This document shows positions 17,445 through 32,829 of a stretch of DNA of 64,000 nt, piece after piece (the first letter of the stretch is position 1; each line of letters begins with the position of its first letter). Below the pieces are notes generated by a model, which was not told the DNA's origin, made no database searches, and worked only from the letters and a program-made list of their open reading frames with translations. The stretch is from Octopus vulgaris (taxonomy: Eukaryota): NCBI GenBank assembly GCA_951406725.2, contig OX597832.1, positions 12,524,001 to 12,588,000 on the forward strand, in the 5' to 3' direction. The translations under genes and the position numbers were made by a program.

Positions 17445-17595
17445 GGCTAAGTCAATTACATCGACACCAGCGTCCCCAAAAGATTGAAAGGCGAAGTAGA
17501 CCTTGGTTGTATTTGAACTCAGAACGTAAAGACAGACGAAATACCGTTAAGTATTTTGCCCGTCACAATAACGATTCCAAAAGTTTGACGTCTTA
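17445..17595 (-). mobile_element. SINE family A, diverged copy
   Basis: TTTGAACTCAGAACGTAAAGACAGACGAAATACCG matches the reverse complement of the family A head. Confidence 0.7.
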
Positions 17596-18453
17596 ACATG
17601 TAATTATAATACTGAGTAACGCTCAGTATTAGAATCACGTGTTTCATATCAAGGGAAAGCAAGATTGAAAATGTTTTCTGGAGACCTTAATACAGCCACA
17701 ATCAACAAAATTGTATATGAAATCATAGAAACAAATACAATTCATAATAATTGCGATCGATAATGGATTCATTGATACCTATTTCTAAAATATATTCTGC
17801 CTTTAAGGGATGAAAGATAAAGCGTATTCGTGAACAAATAGTTCTCTAGTGACTTATAATGTGTCATCTTCTGACATATTATAGAATAATGCAGAACTAT
17901 ATCTGTAGATATATTTGACAGTTAACCTATAAGGATAGATATATGCCCTCTTGTTATTTATTAACATTAGATTGTGAAGAGTATTAAGCCATTCTCACAC
18001 AGCTTTTATTTAATTCTGATTAATTGTATGAACGATTTCTGAAACATACTTAACTCTTTTCTGAGAAAATAATTTTATCATTAAACAATTACAATGGCAT
18101 GGGATGTAACGCTTGAATTAGCAAGCGTATGATTGGTGTGAGGCGAAGGGAAGTAAAATAGCAGCAACATTAGACGGATTTGAAACCAGAACGTAGAAGG
18201 ATGGAAATGAATTATTACCCAGCTTTTATCGATTAGTAGTAATATTATGGATAAGTGAAAGTACTAAAGTAAGAAAATATAGGTGGTAAAGTTACGAGGA
18301 GAAATATAAAGGAGAACAAAAATGCGGAGAAGAGAGTGGATAAAAAAAATAAGGAGACTAAAGGATATTGTGAAGAAATATAGTAAGAGAAATATTGGGG
18401 GAAAATGCTTAAGAAGCGAATGAAGAGACACAAAGGAGGATGAGGAGCAAGGA

Positions 18454-18486
18454 ATAATAATAATAGTAATGATAATGATAATAATA

Positions 18487-18517
<31 letters not shown>

Positions 18518-18686
18518 TGATAATAGTAATAATAATAATAATAATAACAGCAACAATAATGATAAGAAGAAGAAGAAGAAGAAGAAGAAGTGTAAGAAGT
18601 GGAAGAAGAGGAAGAAGAAGAAGTGGAAGAAGAAGAAGTGGAAGAAGAAGAAGAAGAAGAAGAAGAAGAAGAAGAAGAAGAAGAAG

Positions 18687-18717
<31 letters not shown>

Positions 18718-18742
18718 GGAAGAACAAGAAGAAGAAGAAGAA
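18454..18742. repeat. (TAA)n followed by (GAA)n compound tract
   Basis: Directly visible. Confidence 0.95.
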
Positions 18743-19078
18743 ATATAGGAGACAGAAATCTGGGGAGCAGATGAATATCATCGTTTGGGAAACTACTTCA
18801 GATTATTGAAGCAGCATATTAGAGATTGTTCACGGCTATACTAAACGGGCATCAAATTCATTTCAATGCAGACATAATTCAATAGACTTAATCCATTTCA
18901 GTGGCTATGCACTTATCGGATAACAAAAGGAGACTGAATGAAAAATATATCAGTATTGTAGCTTTAGTAACTTCCAGAAAGATATTCCACTTAGTTTTAC
19001 TTTTGCTCACATTATTTCAGAAAATAATAATTTCGCTAGGCCAGCAGGATTTTATTTATATGTATATATATATTGTGA

Positions 19079-19339
<261 letters not shown>

Positions 19340-22076
19340 AGAGAGAGAGAGAGAGATACATAGATACATGTATAAATGAATATATATATATGTGTGTGTG
19401 TGTATGCGTGTGTGTGTGTGAGTGTGTTTTATATACGTTATATATAGGTATATATATGCGTGTGTACATATATATATAAATGAAAGTGTGTATATGCATA
19501 CAAACATATAAATATATGCATAAAAGCACATGTGCATAAACCTGCATAACAGGTGAAGTTATTACTATAGGAAACTGATTAATTTATTAAGATTTAGAAA
19601 TATGGCGCTAAACATTTCAATAACCATAGGCATCACTTAACCGTATCTGACACGTTTTGGTTTTAATCTATTAGATTGAAAGAAATTAACATCCTTTCTT
19701 TCTATGAAAATGAATTATTTGATGTGATCCTGCATTTGGCATTCCGAAATAAGACAATTTTTTTCCAACTTGGGATAATGCGTATATTATCATGCGAAAT
19801 ATTCACATGTATGCTCGCTTTCAAATCGTAGAGTCTCTACTCACTGGACTATTCTTCGTACAGCCGATAACAGCTTCATACATTCATCAAAGATTATAGA
19901 TAAGTTATCGAGAACATGATGCATGAGATCAATGAAGCGTGACATAGAATTACACCGGAACTCCTTATTAGTCGATGTATGGAATACTAATACCGAAAGG
20001 AACAACGTTCACACTTAAAGATTGTATGTGAATTCCTATCTAATCCAGTTGTGCTCATTACACCAACAGTTTCAAATAGGGAAACATTAGGAAAAGTATC
20101 TTAAGCAGGATCATGGCAAAATTAGAAATATTGCTCTACCATCCTGTAAAAATATTCAATCTCTGTTAATACTGCATTTAAAACTTTACATACGAAACAT
20201 GTAATCACATATTTATTGTTTTGGATTGATAATATCTATTCTCCTTGACAGCTAAAACAATAAATGTTACCAAGCCATGCAGTAATTTTCGCGACAGTCG
20301 TTATTTTCCAAACTGCAAATACCATATTTCTTTTCCCTAATTTAAAACGGATAAAAAAGTGAAACAAGCATCCTGTTGCTGTCAGTATTAGCGATGCTGA
20401 TGTTTTGTGTGTTTTTGGCATTTATTTAAAGACTGGTTTCCAAACTATATTTCTGAAAGATCGTACGAAATGTTTGAACCATACGGCATATATATTGTTA
20501 AAGGAAATGTGACAATACGGATTATGTTATAGTAACCGTCATTCGATATGTTTGCAGCATATGACAAAGAGAAGGCAGTGGTTGACTTTGTGATTTTAAG
20601 ACGGGTTTGGCGAGACGGAAATTTCCGTAATCGTTTTGCATAAACTCGGGCATAGACGGGAGGAAAAGAAGAGCAAAAATGTAAACACGATAAGCACTGC
20701 AAAGATGTAACGAAGGTGTTACTATCGGTCACTGCTGGACATTTACTCTACAACCACTAGGCAAGTTTTACTTTTCTTATGCTTGTGGAATATTCGATGT
20801 TGTTCTTGCATAACATCTCTTTCATTGACATTGAAGTGCCGCAAATGTTGGGTAGTTTTAGATGTAGTTTTAGATGTTGGGTAGTTTAGCAGAATGCCAA
20901 CGAGTCAGGACACATACCATTACGCATCCCTCCAACGACTTGAACTCATACATTATGCTGGATTGGGATTTTCTTTTCATCAACCCAGAAACGAATGAAT
21001 GCGAAGAAGACTATGCCAAAATCTATTAACAGAATGTAGAAAACACGAACAAATATGAATATGTAAGAGAAATTACACATCACACATGTACTATACCAAA
21101 CATCACGTTGCCACGAAGTCAGATTACCAACATTTTCCTTCCCTTCTAATATATTTCGTGTTATTTCCATAATATCAAAAAGTTCTGTTAGTTCAGCGCC
21201 TCATGGCATTAAAGGGGCCCTTGTCCATAATCTTGCTAGAGATAAAGAGTCTGATAGAGGCAGGCAAGGGCCAGGTGTGGGATCTTACTTATTTGGAGTG
21301 ATATAGATATCTTCATAACTATCAGATACACATCTTCCGAGGAATATATTGAAGCACAATGCGTAAAATTTATATATCTTATAATTTAGTTGCCCCGGTG
21401 ACGTAACTCACAAACATGTAATTTCTTGGAGTCTAATTAAGAAGCTTAAATAAGTTTCTCAAAAGGAGAATTTATTTTTAGGCACATCGTGTCTATGGTA
21501 TAAAATAACTAACATTAAATTATCAGAAATGAAATTTAATATGCTGCATAAAGAAAAAGGCAGACAGTTCTCCATTATTCGTACTAAATACACGAACATA
21601 AAGATAGCGTCACGTGATATATTCAAATAAAAATCAGTATTATTCAATTAGAGAATTGAGTGAAGGACAGAAGGAAATAAAACAGAATGAAATGAGATAG
21701 ATGGAAAAGTAAGGGATAAAAATTGAAATGTGTTTGTATATGAGGATTAACGCACATATTCATACTGGTAAAAAAAAGTCCACATACATTCTTTATGTAT
21801 GTTGGACAAAAAAGGAACTATACAAACACGTGATATATCCATATACGCATACACATGACTACTAACACACTCACATTTATACATATTCATCTATACACGT
21901 AAATTCATCTACAAATGTACACAAATACATTACTATCTGCTAATACTTTGGCTGCACCAAGTTCTCACGTTGTTGTTTTATTTTTGCTCTTCGTTTTTTT
22001 TGCATTATATATATATATATATATTACATTAGATATATAAACATATATGTTTGTGTGTGTATATATATATATATAT

Positions 22077-22201
<125 letters not shown>

Positions 22202-22816
22202 TATATATATATATGTATATAAACACACACATGCATACATACATATACCAATATATTTACGTTACTTACAGGTCCATAAGATGTAAGCACAAATAAATAC
22301 AAGGAAGTGTGTGCGTATATATGCCCTTTGTAGAATGACATATGTGTAGAATCACAGGAAATGTATCTGAAAATACAACTTACTATATTTTTTACATTAA
22401 TGTATTAATCTGATGGATTAAAAGCAACATATACCACAGGCACACTCAGGCACGCATACTCTGTATGTATATTATTGTTGGCGAATGTAGTCCCTGTGCA
22501 TGTATGTGTATATGTTTACTGTTTTATTTCGATATCTTTGAGTGTATTGTGTGTGTAAATATAGATATGAATATGTAAGCGAAATTCCACATCACACATG
22601 TCCTCCACCAAACAACACGTTTTCACGAAGTCAGCATTTCCAATATTTTCCTTCCTCTGTAATATACTTCGTGTTATTTTCTTATTTTCTTTCATTCTCT
22701 GAAATATGGCTTCTCCCCATAAAAATGTAATGAATATATTAATGTGTGTATTTATATATGTATATATGTGTGTAAGTATGCAAGAATACTTATGTGCATA
22801 TATATATATATATATG

Positions 22817-22896
<80 letters not shown>

Positions 22897-24071
22897 TGTA
22901 TGTATACATATATGTATATTATGAATATATGTATGTATTTATTTTTATCCCTACATTTTTATGAATTCATTCAGAACACCTGTCATTTCACATAAGATAC
23001 GATATATTTCATGTCAATAGTAATGAAAACTAAAATTATATGAACAGAGACGTCAACCGTGATTTTATATTCATTTCATACGTAAAAAAAAATGTTTTTG
23101 CTTGAAATTCTTGGCGTCGTGTTGCGTTAATGTGTTGCATTTATAGGGGTTATAGTATTCCACTTTGGGTACCTCACTTAGCTGACTAGAGTTTGCACAA
23201 CTAATAGAACTGCTGTATTTGTCCTTTGAGATTATCAGTAGCGAACCTAGGAAAAACTGGAAAACCTAGCCTCAAAATAAACCCTTCCACCATAAATTGA
23301 AAGTCTACAGAAAAATATGTAGTTATTAAATAATCAATGAGATGGTCACATCTGGAATGCTTCTCCACTTGAATCATATTCTGAAACTAAGCAATACAAA
23401 GATCAATAATATAATGCATTTCATTCTAATGGAAATACTGCATTGCTTTATGGAACTACATTGAACCAAAATAATAAAGCAATTTGTCGTTAAAGCTTAT
23501 TTTGTTTCTTGTTCATATTTTTTCTGATACACACTTTATGGCAAATTCTCCTCGGTCTGGAAGCAAGCTTCTACTGTCTAGCCATTTCTGACATTTCTAA
23601 ACACACCAACCATTCAATCATCTATGATACTGAACATAGCAGTCTTCAATCACAATTCATTAATTAATTCCGTGAATTGAAATACAGGCGGTTTATTAAA
23701 CCATTTTACTAGAATTAATGCTCCATCTTTTTACTATTTTATTCATTTTGCTGTTCTGTTCCTTTGGTTGTAATGGTTTATGCTTGTTCATATCGATCTG
23801 CCGTACTTTTTGTATTCATTAACTAATAATAATTTTATCGTTATCGATAAAAAAAAAGCAGAGATTGTACCAGAACTGAGCCTGGTACAATCTGAACTTA
23901 TGAGTTAAAGGGACATATACACGATATTTCTACTGAATTCTTAAGATTTTATCAAATACTTAATTTCTCTCTCACTCTCTTGGTTTCTCATCTGTCGCTT
24001 AATATTGTCTGACATTTTGCATGTACCAATTTTGCCTTTCATATATAGATATACTAACATATATACATACA

Positions 24072-24113
<42 letters not shown>

Positions 24114-24397
24114 CTTACATACATACTACATACATACTAATATACATACATATATGCATATATATATATATATATGTGTGTGTTTGTGTATGTGTGTGTA
24201 TATATACATATATGTGTTATAGTATGCGTACGCATTTACATGTGCAAATACTCAGTCCCATCTATCTATATACCCATCTATCTATCTATCCATCTATCTA
24301 TGTATGTATCTATTTATCTATCTATTTACCTATCTATATATGTATATACAGACATACATGCATCAATATATAAATGCATATAGACATGCATACATTC

Positions 24398-24428
<31 letters not shown>

Positions 24429-25524
24429 CGTGTATGTTCTGTTTGCATGTACAAACGAGTATGTGCGTGTGTCTACGCACATTTATATACACAGACTAAT
24501 ATATACATATGCAGGCATACACGCATACCTACTCGTCCTGTTGCATTGAATACGTTTGAACAATTCTTCATACCCGTTTCAGTTTACCGGAATCCTACAC
24601 TTAAATGAAAAAAATACAACTTAAAATTTTAGTGAGTGCGGAAACAAGGCTGATCGAATTTCCAATACATGAATTTGTTTGGAGCACTATTCACTAGAAA
24701 ACGTAGAATGTGCCTTGCTGATAAGACAAGTTTCATGCAGTGTAGCAGATACAGAGAAATACACGAACACATATACATGTTTCACACAAACTTTTCCCCA
24801 TCAGAAATTTACAGATTTATGTAATGAATAAACGAAGCATAAAATTTAGCAGTACTGTATCTCACAAACGGCTTTCATTACTTCATAGCAATTATATATT
24901 TAGCTTTGTTATCAAGTAACATTTATTATTATTTATACACAATTCCTCCCACGCAGTAAGTGCATGTTATTTTTATGTACGATATAAATGCACATATAAT
25001 ATATGCAAACGGATATGAGTGGGTATAAATATATTTAAATATGTGTGCCTGTGCGTATATATGCATTTAATTATACAGATAAGCGTGTTTGTATATATAT
25101 GCAGATTCAACTGAAAACCTGTTATAATGACATTTACGTGAAAGGTGAACTTTGCAGTGTATTTATATTTCACAAGCTACAACTATCCGACCAAAATCAT
25201 ACGGCACAATATAAATAATATTATAAAAGGCATATCTGACTTAACGTTAAACAGAAATATTTAACACAGCTGTGTTGATATATTTCTAATTTTTAAGTGA
25301 TTTCATAATAGAAGTAGTATTTATATAGAATCGTGGAAAGACTTATATAATAGAAGTACTTATATGGAATCGTATACACGTTTAGACTTACGTCTATATC
25401 TATACGTTTGTGTGCATGCACATATATGTGCCCGTATATGCAAGGATGTATATGCCTGAGGTGATATGTTGTATGTTCACGGATGTACAGATCTCGAACC
25501 TCGCTTTGTGTACTTAATATTCGT

Positions 25525-25645
25525 TTAAAATTTTGGCACAACGTCAGAAATTTCCGGGGGAGTGGTAAATCGATTATTTCGACGCCGGTAATTTTCTGGT
25601 ACTTTGTTTATCGACAAAAAAAGGATGAAAGACACGGTCGACCAC
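25525..25645 (-). mobile_element. SINE family A fragment (second tail type)
   Basis: CTGGTACTTTGTTTATCGAC...AAGGATGAAAGACACGGTCGACC matches the core reverse complement. Confidence 0.6.
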
Positions 25646-26097
25646 ACGACTCCGCGTCCATCATATTAAGGAACCTTGATACAAACGAACCCCCTAAATA
25701 ATCAATATAATCTAGCAAAAGTAAACTTGATGGCGAAGTAAAATTAGGTTGTATCTGTCTGACACTCAAGACAAGTGAAGATTTATCTAAACTATCAAGG
25801 CTATTTTGTCCAACAGGAAAATCAATTAGGAACGAGAAATCATGGAGGACATCCTTTCACGTGATTCATTGACAAATGTAACCTCTATAGAAAAATAGTG
25901 TCCACAGAATCTTGTGAGCACCAAGAATCTCTCGCACTGCTATGGAAAGTGACTTTGCCTTTATTATACAAACTGTAAAGATTTGAAAATGAAATGTCAA
26001 TGTACGTTTTATTCTTCTATAAGAGACCTATTCAACCATTATGCATGTATGGTGTAAGAATAAACGCATTAAGATGTGTCCAGTTGAATTTTACTTT

Positions 26098-26129
<32 letters not shown>

Positions 26130-26476
26130 TCTCTATTATTGAAAAGAGTAGGATAAGAGAAAGATTGTGAAAAAATCGTTCATATTCGTTTCGATAATGT
26201 ATCTTAGAAATTATAAAAGCGGAGATCAAATTCTCAACATTGGTTATATGATGTGCTATGTATATTGCACTATCGATGCACACACACACAGACACACGCT
26301 CGGACACAGACACAGACACATTCACACACACCTATACACACACACATATCTTTCGCCAAAAAACAAAAAAACGAATATTCTGATGTTGCAGATGTCTATA
26401 TGTGTTAAATTCATTATTTACTTTTTGTCGGTAATTTTATTTAATCCTTTATATTCCTATCGATTTTACACGACCA

Positions 26477-26485
26477 ATTATTATC

Positions 26486-26548
<63 letters not shown>

Positions 26549-26590
26549 GTTATTATTATTGTTATTGTTATTATTGTTATTATTATTATG
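26477..26590. repeat. (TTA)n microsatellite
   Basis: Directly visible. Confidence 0.95.
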
Positions 26591-27139
26591 AATGTAATTA
26601 CATTTCGGTTTTCTTTCTACTTTTCTTTTAGGTAAGTTGCAATAGTTTCCATTCTCTGCTAACAATTACTGAACAATTATAAATATTGGTTATAAGAAAG
26701 AATGACAAAACCCAGCATGAAGCATCATATTAATGAATATTTAACGGTATGGCACTATTTGTTTTCTTATATATTCTGTGTTTATTATATCTTTCCTACA
26801 ATTATTGTTTATAAGTTGTTTTTTTTTTAAATCATGATCGTGTAACGTTTGGTTTTTGTATATATATTTATGACAATTGCTATTCAGCATTTATAGCATT
26901 TGCTCAGCATATCATTTACTCATTAGACACGTCATACACGTAAAAAGAAATATGACACTACGTGGAATTGTGCACGGGGAAGTTAGACGATGTAACGACT
27001 CTTCAATGTTTAAAGACGAAGGTGGTTGGCATTGTTTGATTTTTTTAAAACTTGAAATTTAGTGTAGTCTCTCTTTCCAGTATATAATGTTCTTGATTTA
27101 TTATATACTGGTAAATATGTGCAAGTACGTCTCAAAATC

Positions 27140-27295
27140 TACGGCACTTAGGCTGGATTAACCGGTCTCCAGGTTTGTATAAGGGACGGAGATCACACCG
27201 TTTCTCTTGAACGGGACACCATTCAGTCACAGGTTTAGTCAATTATAGCCGAATGGACTGGAGCAATGTTCCCAGGAGTCCACTGCACCACCTTA
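27140..27295 (-). mobile_element. Decayed SINE related to the tail of the 33679 element
   Basis: GAACGGGACACCATTCAGTCAC resembles the reverse complement of GCGATGGACTGGCGTCCCGT; also contains TGGACTGGAGCAATG. Confidence 0.4.
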
Positions 27296-30254
27296 ACTTA
27301 ATGCAGCTAAATGTCAAAAATGTATAAGTTCTGTATCATCTCGGCTGTTATTTGCGTATAGTCTGCTATGGCGGAAATACAGACCAGCAATTTATATTGA
27401 TTTCTACGAGAATGGCATAAATTTGGATTAAAATGTGTTAGATACTTAGAATTCTTGTGCCAAAGTGTTTCATCCTTTAAGATTTCTCCACGATGAAAAC
27501 ACATTTAATTTATATTACCATTGCCAAGAATGGGTTGGGTAGAAAATTTCAAACATACATAAAATTTCATTCGAATAATGACCCGCACTTGAAAAGATGT
27601 TAAAAATGTATATGACACATAATACAGAAAGCATTATAATCACCTGATGAATATATCTGATATTACAGAATAAGCTCCTAAAAATTAATTGCAAAGAAAT
27701 TGATTACGTATCTGGTTTCGTAAATATGATGATAGGGTGGCCCCAAAATACAAAACGTTAACCAACCCTGTTGACAAATATCTAGTTTGGGATGCTAAAT
27801 CTTAAGTATATTTAAGTATCTGGATTTATTTGATACGGAATTCAGAAAAATACGTTTTCACTAGAACAAAAGGATTTATCTAAATCAGTTTTGCGAGGAT
27901 ATCTTTACTATTATGTCAACATGTTGAATAACAGGGCTTTCTCTGTTGCAGAACATACATCAAAGCCTTTCCGACAGATGCATATCAAATTACACACAGA
28001 TTGCACCTAGAGTTGAATAACATGAAACAGCATCCTTATTTTTAATCGCTACTTTATAATATCTCCATTAAAGGTATTTAATGTGTCGATTCAATGTAAT
28101 AAAGCACTGGGACGTGATGCGAGAAAATACATTCTGAATGCATGTATTATGTTTGCATTTGATTCTAGATATCTTTGGTTTCATTTCGGGCTTTCCATCC
28201 AATAAAATGCGATGAATGAATGAAACGCAATGCACATTATATTAGAGTTGATTAGATTAGAAAACAATAGATTCTCTTCAACAATATGTGATTGTGTATT
28301 AGATAAGAGGAATGTAAACAGCGGGTTTCCAGAAATGTGCTTCATGTACACATTTATGAAAGCATTTTCATTAGCTATGTTTTTCCATTTAACGTCAAAA
28401 TCTCTTGTCAAATAATTACGCATATTACGCAATAATGTCGTACTGAAGTACTAATTTACGTTTTTCCGGGAATAATTCAATTATCGAAGCTAAGATTTTA
28501 TAGAATCGTTCGTATACGTAGACATGTAAAACTGATATTATTTGAATTTTTACACATGCGGAATATGAATATACGAATTACACATAGCATTTAAAGTATT
28601 TTCACAAATATTATAAGAATTTGAAATCCGAATGAAACAGATTGTAACTACGTCAACTAAATTATTTTGTATTAAGAGACTGAAGGTAAAGTTGATTAGA
28701 ACTTACATAATTCTTCAAGAAAACAGTCGATAACGATAGCCACACAACATTGGTATTTAGAATCCTGACCGCAGTATAATCAGATACGAAACTACATACC
28801 CGGAATTAGAATTCATATCGAAATACATCGAGGCTTATTGTCTACACGTTATTGATTATTATAAATAATGCTCTATTATTGCAGGCAATATTAGAATACT
28901 TCCAATTTCGTTTCTATATCATAATCACTTACAGATGGTCATTTCTATCAGACATTAAATAGTTCTTTTATGTTAGGAACTATAAAAAATACAACAAATA
29001 GCAATAACAATCACACAGCCACATACACGATGGATATATATGTGTGTATGTGTGTGTATGTGTGAGTGTGTATGTGTGTATTCAAATGTTTGTTGGGAAC
29101 CTACTTTAAACTTTAATTTCACTTTCATTTCTGAGCGCACTGTTTTATCGAAAAGGAATGTTGTATGCGTTATGATAGAATCTATTTGTATTGAAAAGAA
29201 ATGCCACATTAATGGATATTATGAATGAATCTGGTCAATCATATGTCTATTTTTATTCTTTCAACAACATGGAAAGAAAAATATTATTTTGCATTATTTT
29301 AATCTCATTGAAAAGTTGTTTGCCATATATCATTAGAAATATTATTTTTTCTATAATATTGCAATAAAAACGTAATGTTTTCGGCTGAATGATTCCCACC
29401 AGTCTCATAATATTCGCATTTGCTTACTGCAAACAGTTTTTTTTTTAATATTTTAAAAAATATATGTACATAAAAGTCGCTTTTATTTTAAAATCACCAA
29501 AATTATTCAATTTGGTATATCTTAGTTGAATGAATATAAATGAAAATATTCAAAAGAATAAAAAGCCAAAATTTAGCTATAAAATATACATAAGTTTGCT
29601 CTTTCGTTTGATTTTGCTTCTATTTTTGTTTTCCTTTTCAAATTCAAAATTGAATCAAGAAATATCGGTTGATTCAAAGTAGTATTTCCGCGTCGTAAAG
29701 GCAATATTTCTTTTAAAAATTAAGGCCATTTGAGTGTAAAGCGAAAGTCACTTATGTATCCTAGTTATCAATTGGACTTAAAGCATCTTTCATATTTTTG
29801 TTTCAGTCAAATACATTTAAGAAAATATATTTCAAAATATTTTGTTAATGTTCGGTTTTATGGTGTTTGATGTGTTCACTTGATTCTGAATAAACCGAAT
29901 GAGAACCTCCCGAAATATGCATGGATAAAATACAAATATTATTTATTGTAGGCTATTTATTAATATTCTCACTTATCTGAAGTAAATAATCACTGTGTTG
30001 TCCTATTCTCCTATAGTAAACGAAGAAATGTTTATATATGTAATACATAATGCAGAGTTGTTTGGATTACATTCATATCTGTGTGTATATGTTATTCATT
30101 GATAAATTTTATATAGAAAAAGAATCAATCAGACCTGAGAATAAAATAGGCGGACACCCTTTAGCTCACATTTAGGGCCTTTCTTCATTAAATAAGATGG
30201 GATCAGAAATTTAAATTTGAAATTAAACCATAAGGAAGAAAAGGCACAGACTAT

Positions 30255-30452
30255 ATTGATTTCAAATTTTGGCAAAATACCAGCAGATATGTGTGTGACA
30301 GGGATTAAGTCGATTATATCCACCCAAGTATTGAACTGGTAATGATCTTATCGATCTCGAAAGGATGAAAGGTTAAGTCGATCTCGAAGTAATTTTAACT
30401 CCGGACATAAACACAGACGAAATACCGCTAACGATTCTACCAGGTAGCCCCT
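30255..30452 (-). mobile_element. SINE family A, diverged copy
   Basis: GGGATTAAGTCGATT...GAAAGGATGAAAGG...CAGACGAAATACCGCTAACGATTCT. Confidence 0.7.
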
Positions 30453-32770
30453 TGAAGACTGAGAGTACATCAACTAATATATTCCTTACTTCTTTTTTGT
30501 TACGAAGGTTTAATGTTTATAATTAATAATAAATCTGTATAGAACCATTCATTCCATTCAGAAGTAATATGAACAAAATAGTTTTCGAAAAGTGTTGCTT
30601 TAGGGAAACTTACATGATGCTCTACTCACACTACTTGTCTAAGTATAATAAAGTATGATGTGAATCAAATTTGTAAATCAACACTTATAATTCATAGTCC
30701 CATCTTCTAGACAACAGGTCATCGTAAGAGAGGTTAGCAAACACACACACACACACGTGCGCACAAAGACACACACATACACACATATATACAGCAACTA
30801 AATATTATATTTTCATATATAATTATGTTTGAGATTCAAAATAAGTACAATAAACTGCTTTTCGTCAATAAATGGTATCTATTTCTATAATATCCCATAG
30901 GTAAATCATATTTTTTGTCTGTTAATAAATATTTGGTTTCAAAGAAGCCTTTTCTTCCAATAAAATAACTGTGCCATTTGTAATTATTTCATTGACATAG
31001 TTCAGCTATTCGTAGAAGCAAGACAAGCAGTGTTAAGGTCTGCAAAATTAGAACTCAGAATAAAATGCATTATCATATATAATTATCAATTTTAGTCATA
31101 TTTAATTAGTAATGTTTGAATTCTACGTCCATTGTGTAATGTTAAATACAGCAATACTAGAATCTGGTAAGCAAGGTGTGTCATCAAATGAACAAGGAAC
31201 TTGCACGTAAAACGTTGGTAAAATGTTAATGATGAAAGGCTGTGGGGCAAAACATTGGATTTAGAACTGACATCAATCCAAGTCGCAAAACATCCATTAA
31301 TTCCAGCAAATTGACGTTTCTATTCGTGCACAGCGCTTAACAAATGACTCTAGCATTGAATATATTCAGAAGATGCTGAATATTTTGGATTTAGTAAGCG
31401 AAAAATTCGTTTCGTCCGATTGCCTTGGGCGTGAATATATAGAAACGTGACTATTACAATTTCTAACACTCCTCAACGAATGCTACTTGGTTTGTAAAAG
31501 GATGTTTCGAATTTTCTTGTGGTCACTCATGAGAAATGTAATGACAATCCTGATTTTATGCTATTGTACTATAATTTGTTTGACGCCCTACTTGTTCATT
31601 TGAGTATATCTTATAAGATAAGTATCTATGATAGGAAATAGATATTTCCAAATAAATATTGACACATTTTCTTCAGCTATATTTGAGTTAGGAGAGCGTG
31701 TCCAATATGATGAAAAACATCACCATATATCGACAACTTTTGAAGCAATATATTTAGATACATAACTAGTTATGCATCTAAATATATATTCTTCTGAATG
31801 TGTAGGTCATTGTAGAATAATATATATGTTAATATCTGTATCCCTCCCTTTATCTGTCCGTTTATCTAAATTAAAATAAAATATAAAAAGTAAAAGCAGG
31901 TGCGGCGGGAGGGAATAATAAATAGATGGCATGGCTATATGTGGTCCGTATATTAGAGAAGGCAGAAGTATTACCTATTGAGAATTTGAACTTTAAATAG
32001 GAAATAATTGGATTAACATAATCAAAGATCTTTCTTTTAGTGCTGCACATTTTTTGTTCTCAAAACCATATGCAAAACCTAAGGCGATTCTCAGTAGTGG
32101 CTTGCCAACGTTTTCCTTTTTTTTTCTTTTTCCTTTTTCTTTTTCTCTTTCGGTACTAGTGCTCACACATGACTCTGACTGGCCAAGTTTAAGCTGTTGA
32201 CAGACGGTTGATGGGGATTTTTCAATAAGAAACAAAAACCCACATTCTCTCTTTTGCGTAATAATGTGCCATCTCCGTCTTAATTAGTATGCATTTTTTC
32301 AAGATCTTCTGCAGCTCCGCCACCGGAAATTTGCTAGTGGATAGCCGCTCACTTGTACTTGAATCTGTCCACTTATGTGGATATATTTTCATTCTTTTAA
32401 CCCCGCGCATATTTGTAACTCTTCTTGAAGCACAATTACATCATCGTGATATGGAGGAGTTGATTTACAGTTCAGGGCCTCTGTAAATGAAACGGAGATA
32501 ATGTGGTCCTTTGTAAATTGGTTTTCTCGACTTCCCTTCTCGGTTGCATTGAGAACTTATCTTGCTTTCGCCTTGGCTATGCGAGTATACAGTTCAGTAG
32601 ATAGAAGGGGAAGTAACAATGATAGTCTTCCTTTTTCTAACCTTCAACCATTGCCTGTCTTACTTTTATATCACATCTAATTTTCTTCATTAGAAGAATC
32701 ACTAACGGCGTGTGGTAACTGGACGTCTAATGACATCCAAGCGTTTCTGTCGTCCTCGCTACCTCCTAGT

Positions 32771-32825
<55 letters not shown>

Positions 32826-32829
<4 letters not shown>

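Noticed and set aside
18469-18774. Poly-Arg 'protamine-like' ORF, and poly-D/H, poly-T and poly-V ORFs elsewhere
   Set aside because: These are pure trinucleotide repeats with no splice or codon evidence.
20960-21030. Acceptor followed by (E)TNECEE, resembling a calcium-binding EGF exon start
   Set aside because: The frame stops after 13 codons without further cysteines.
32200-32640. Possible L1/Tx1 ORF2 C-terminal fossil on the minus strand
   Set aside because: Only a vague resemblance; too degraded to support by eye.
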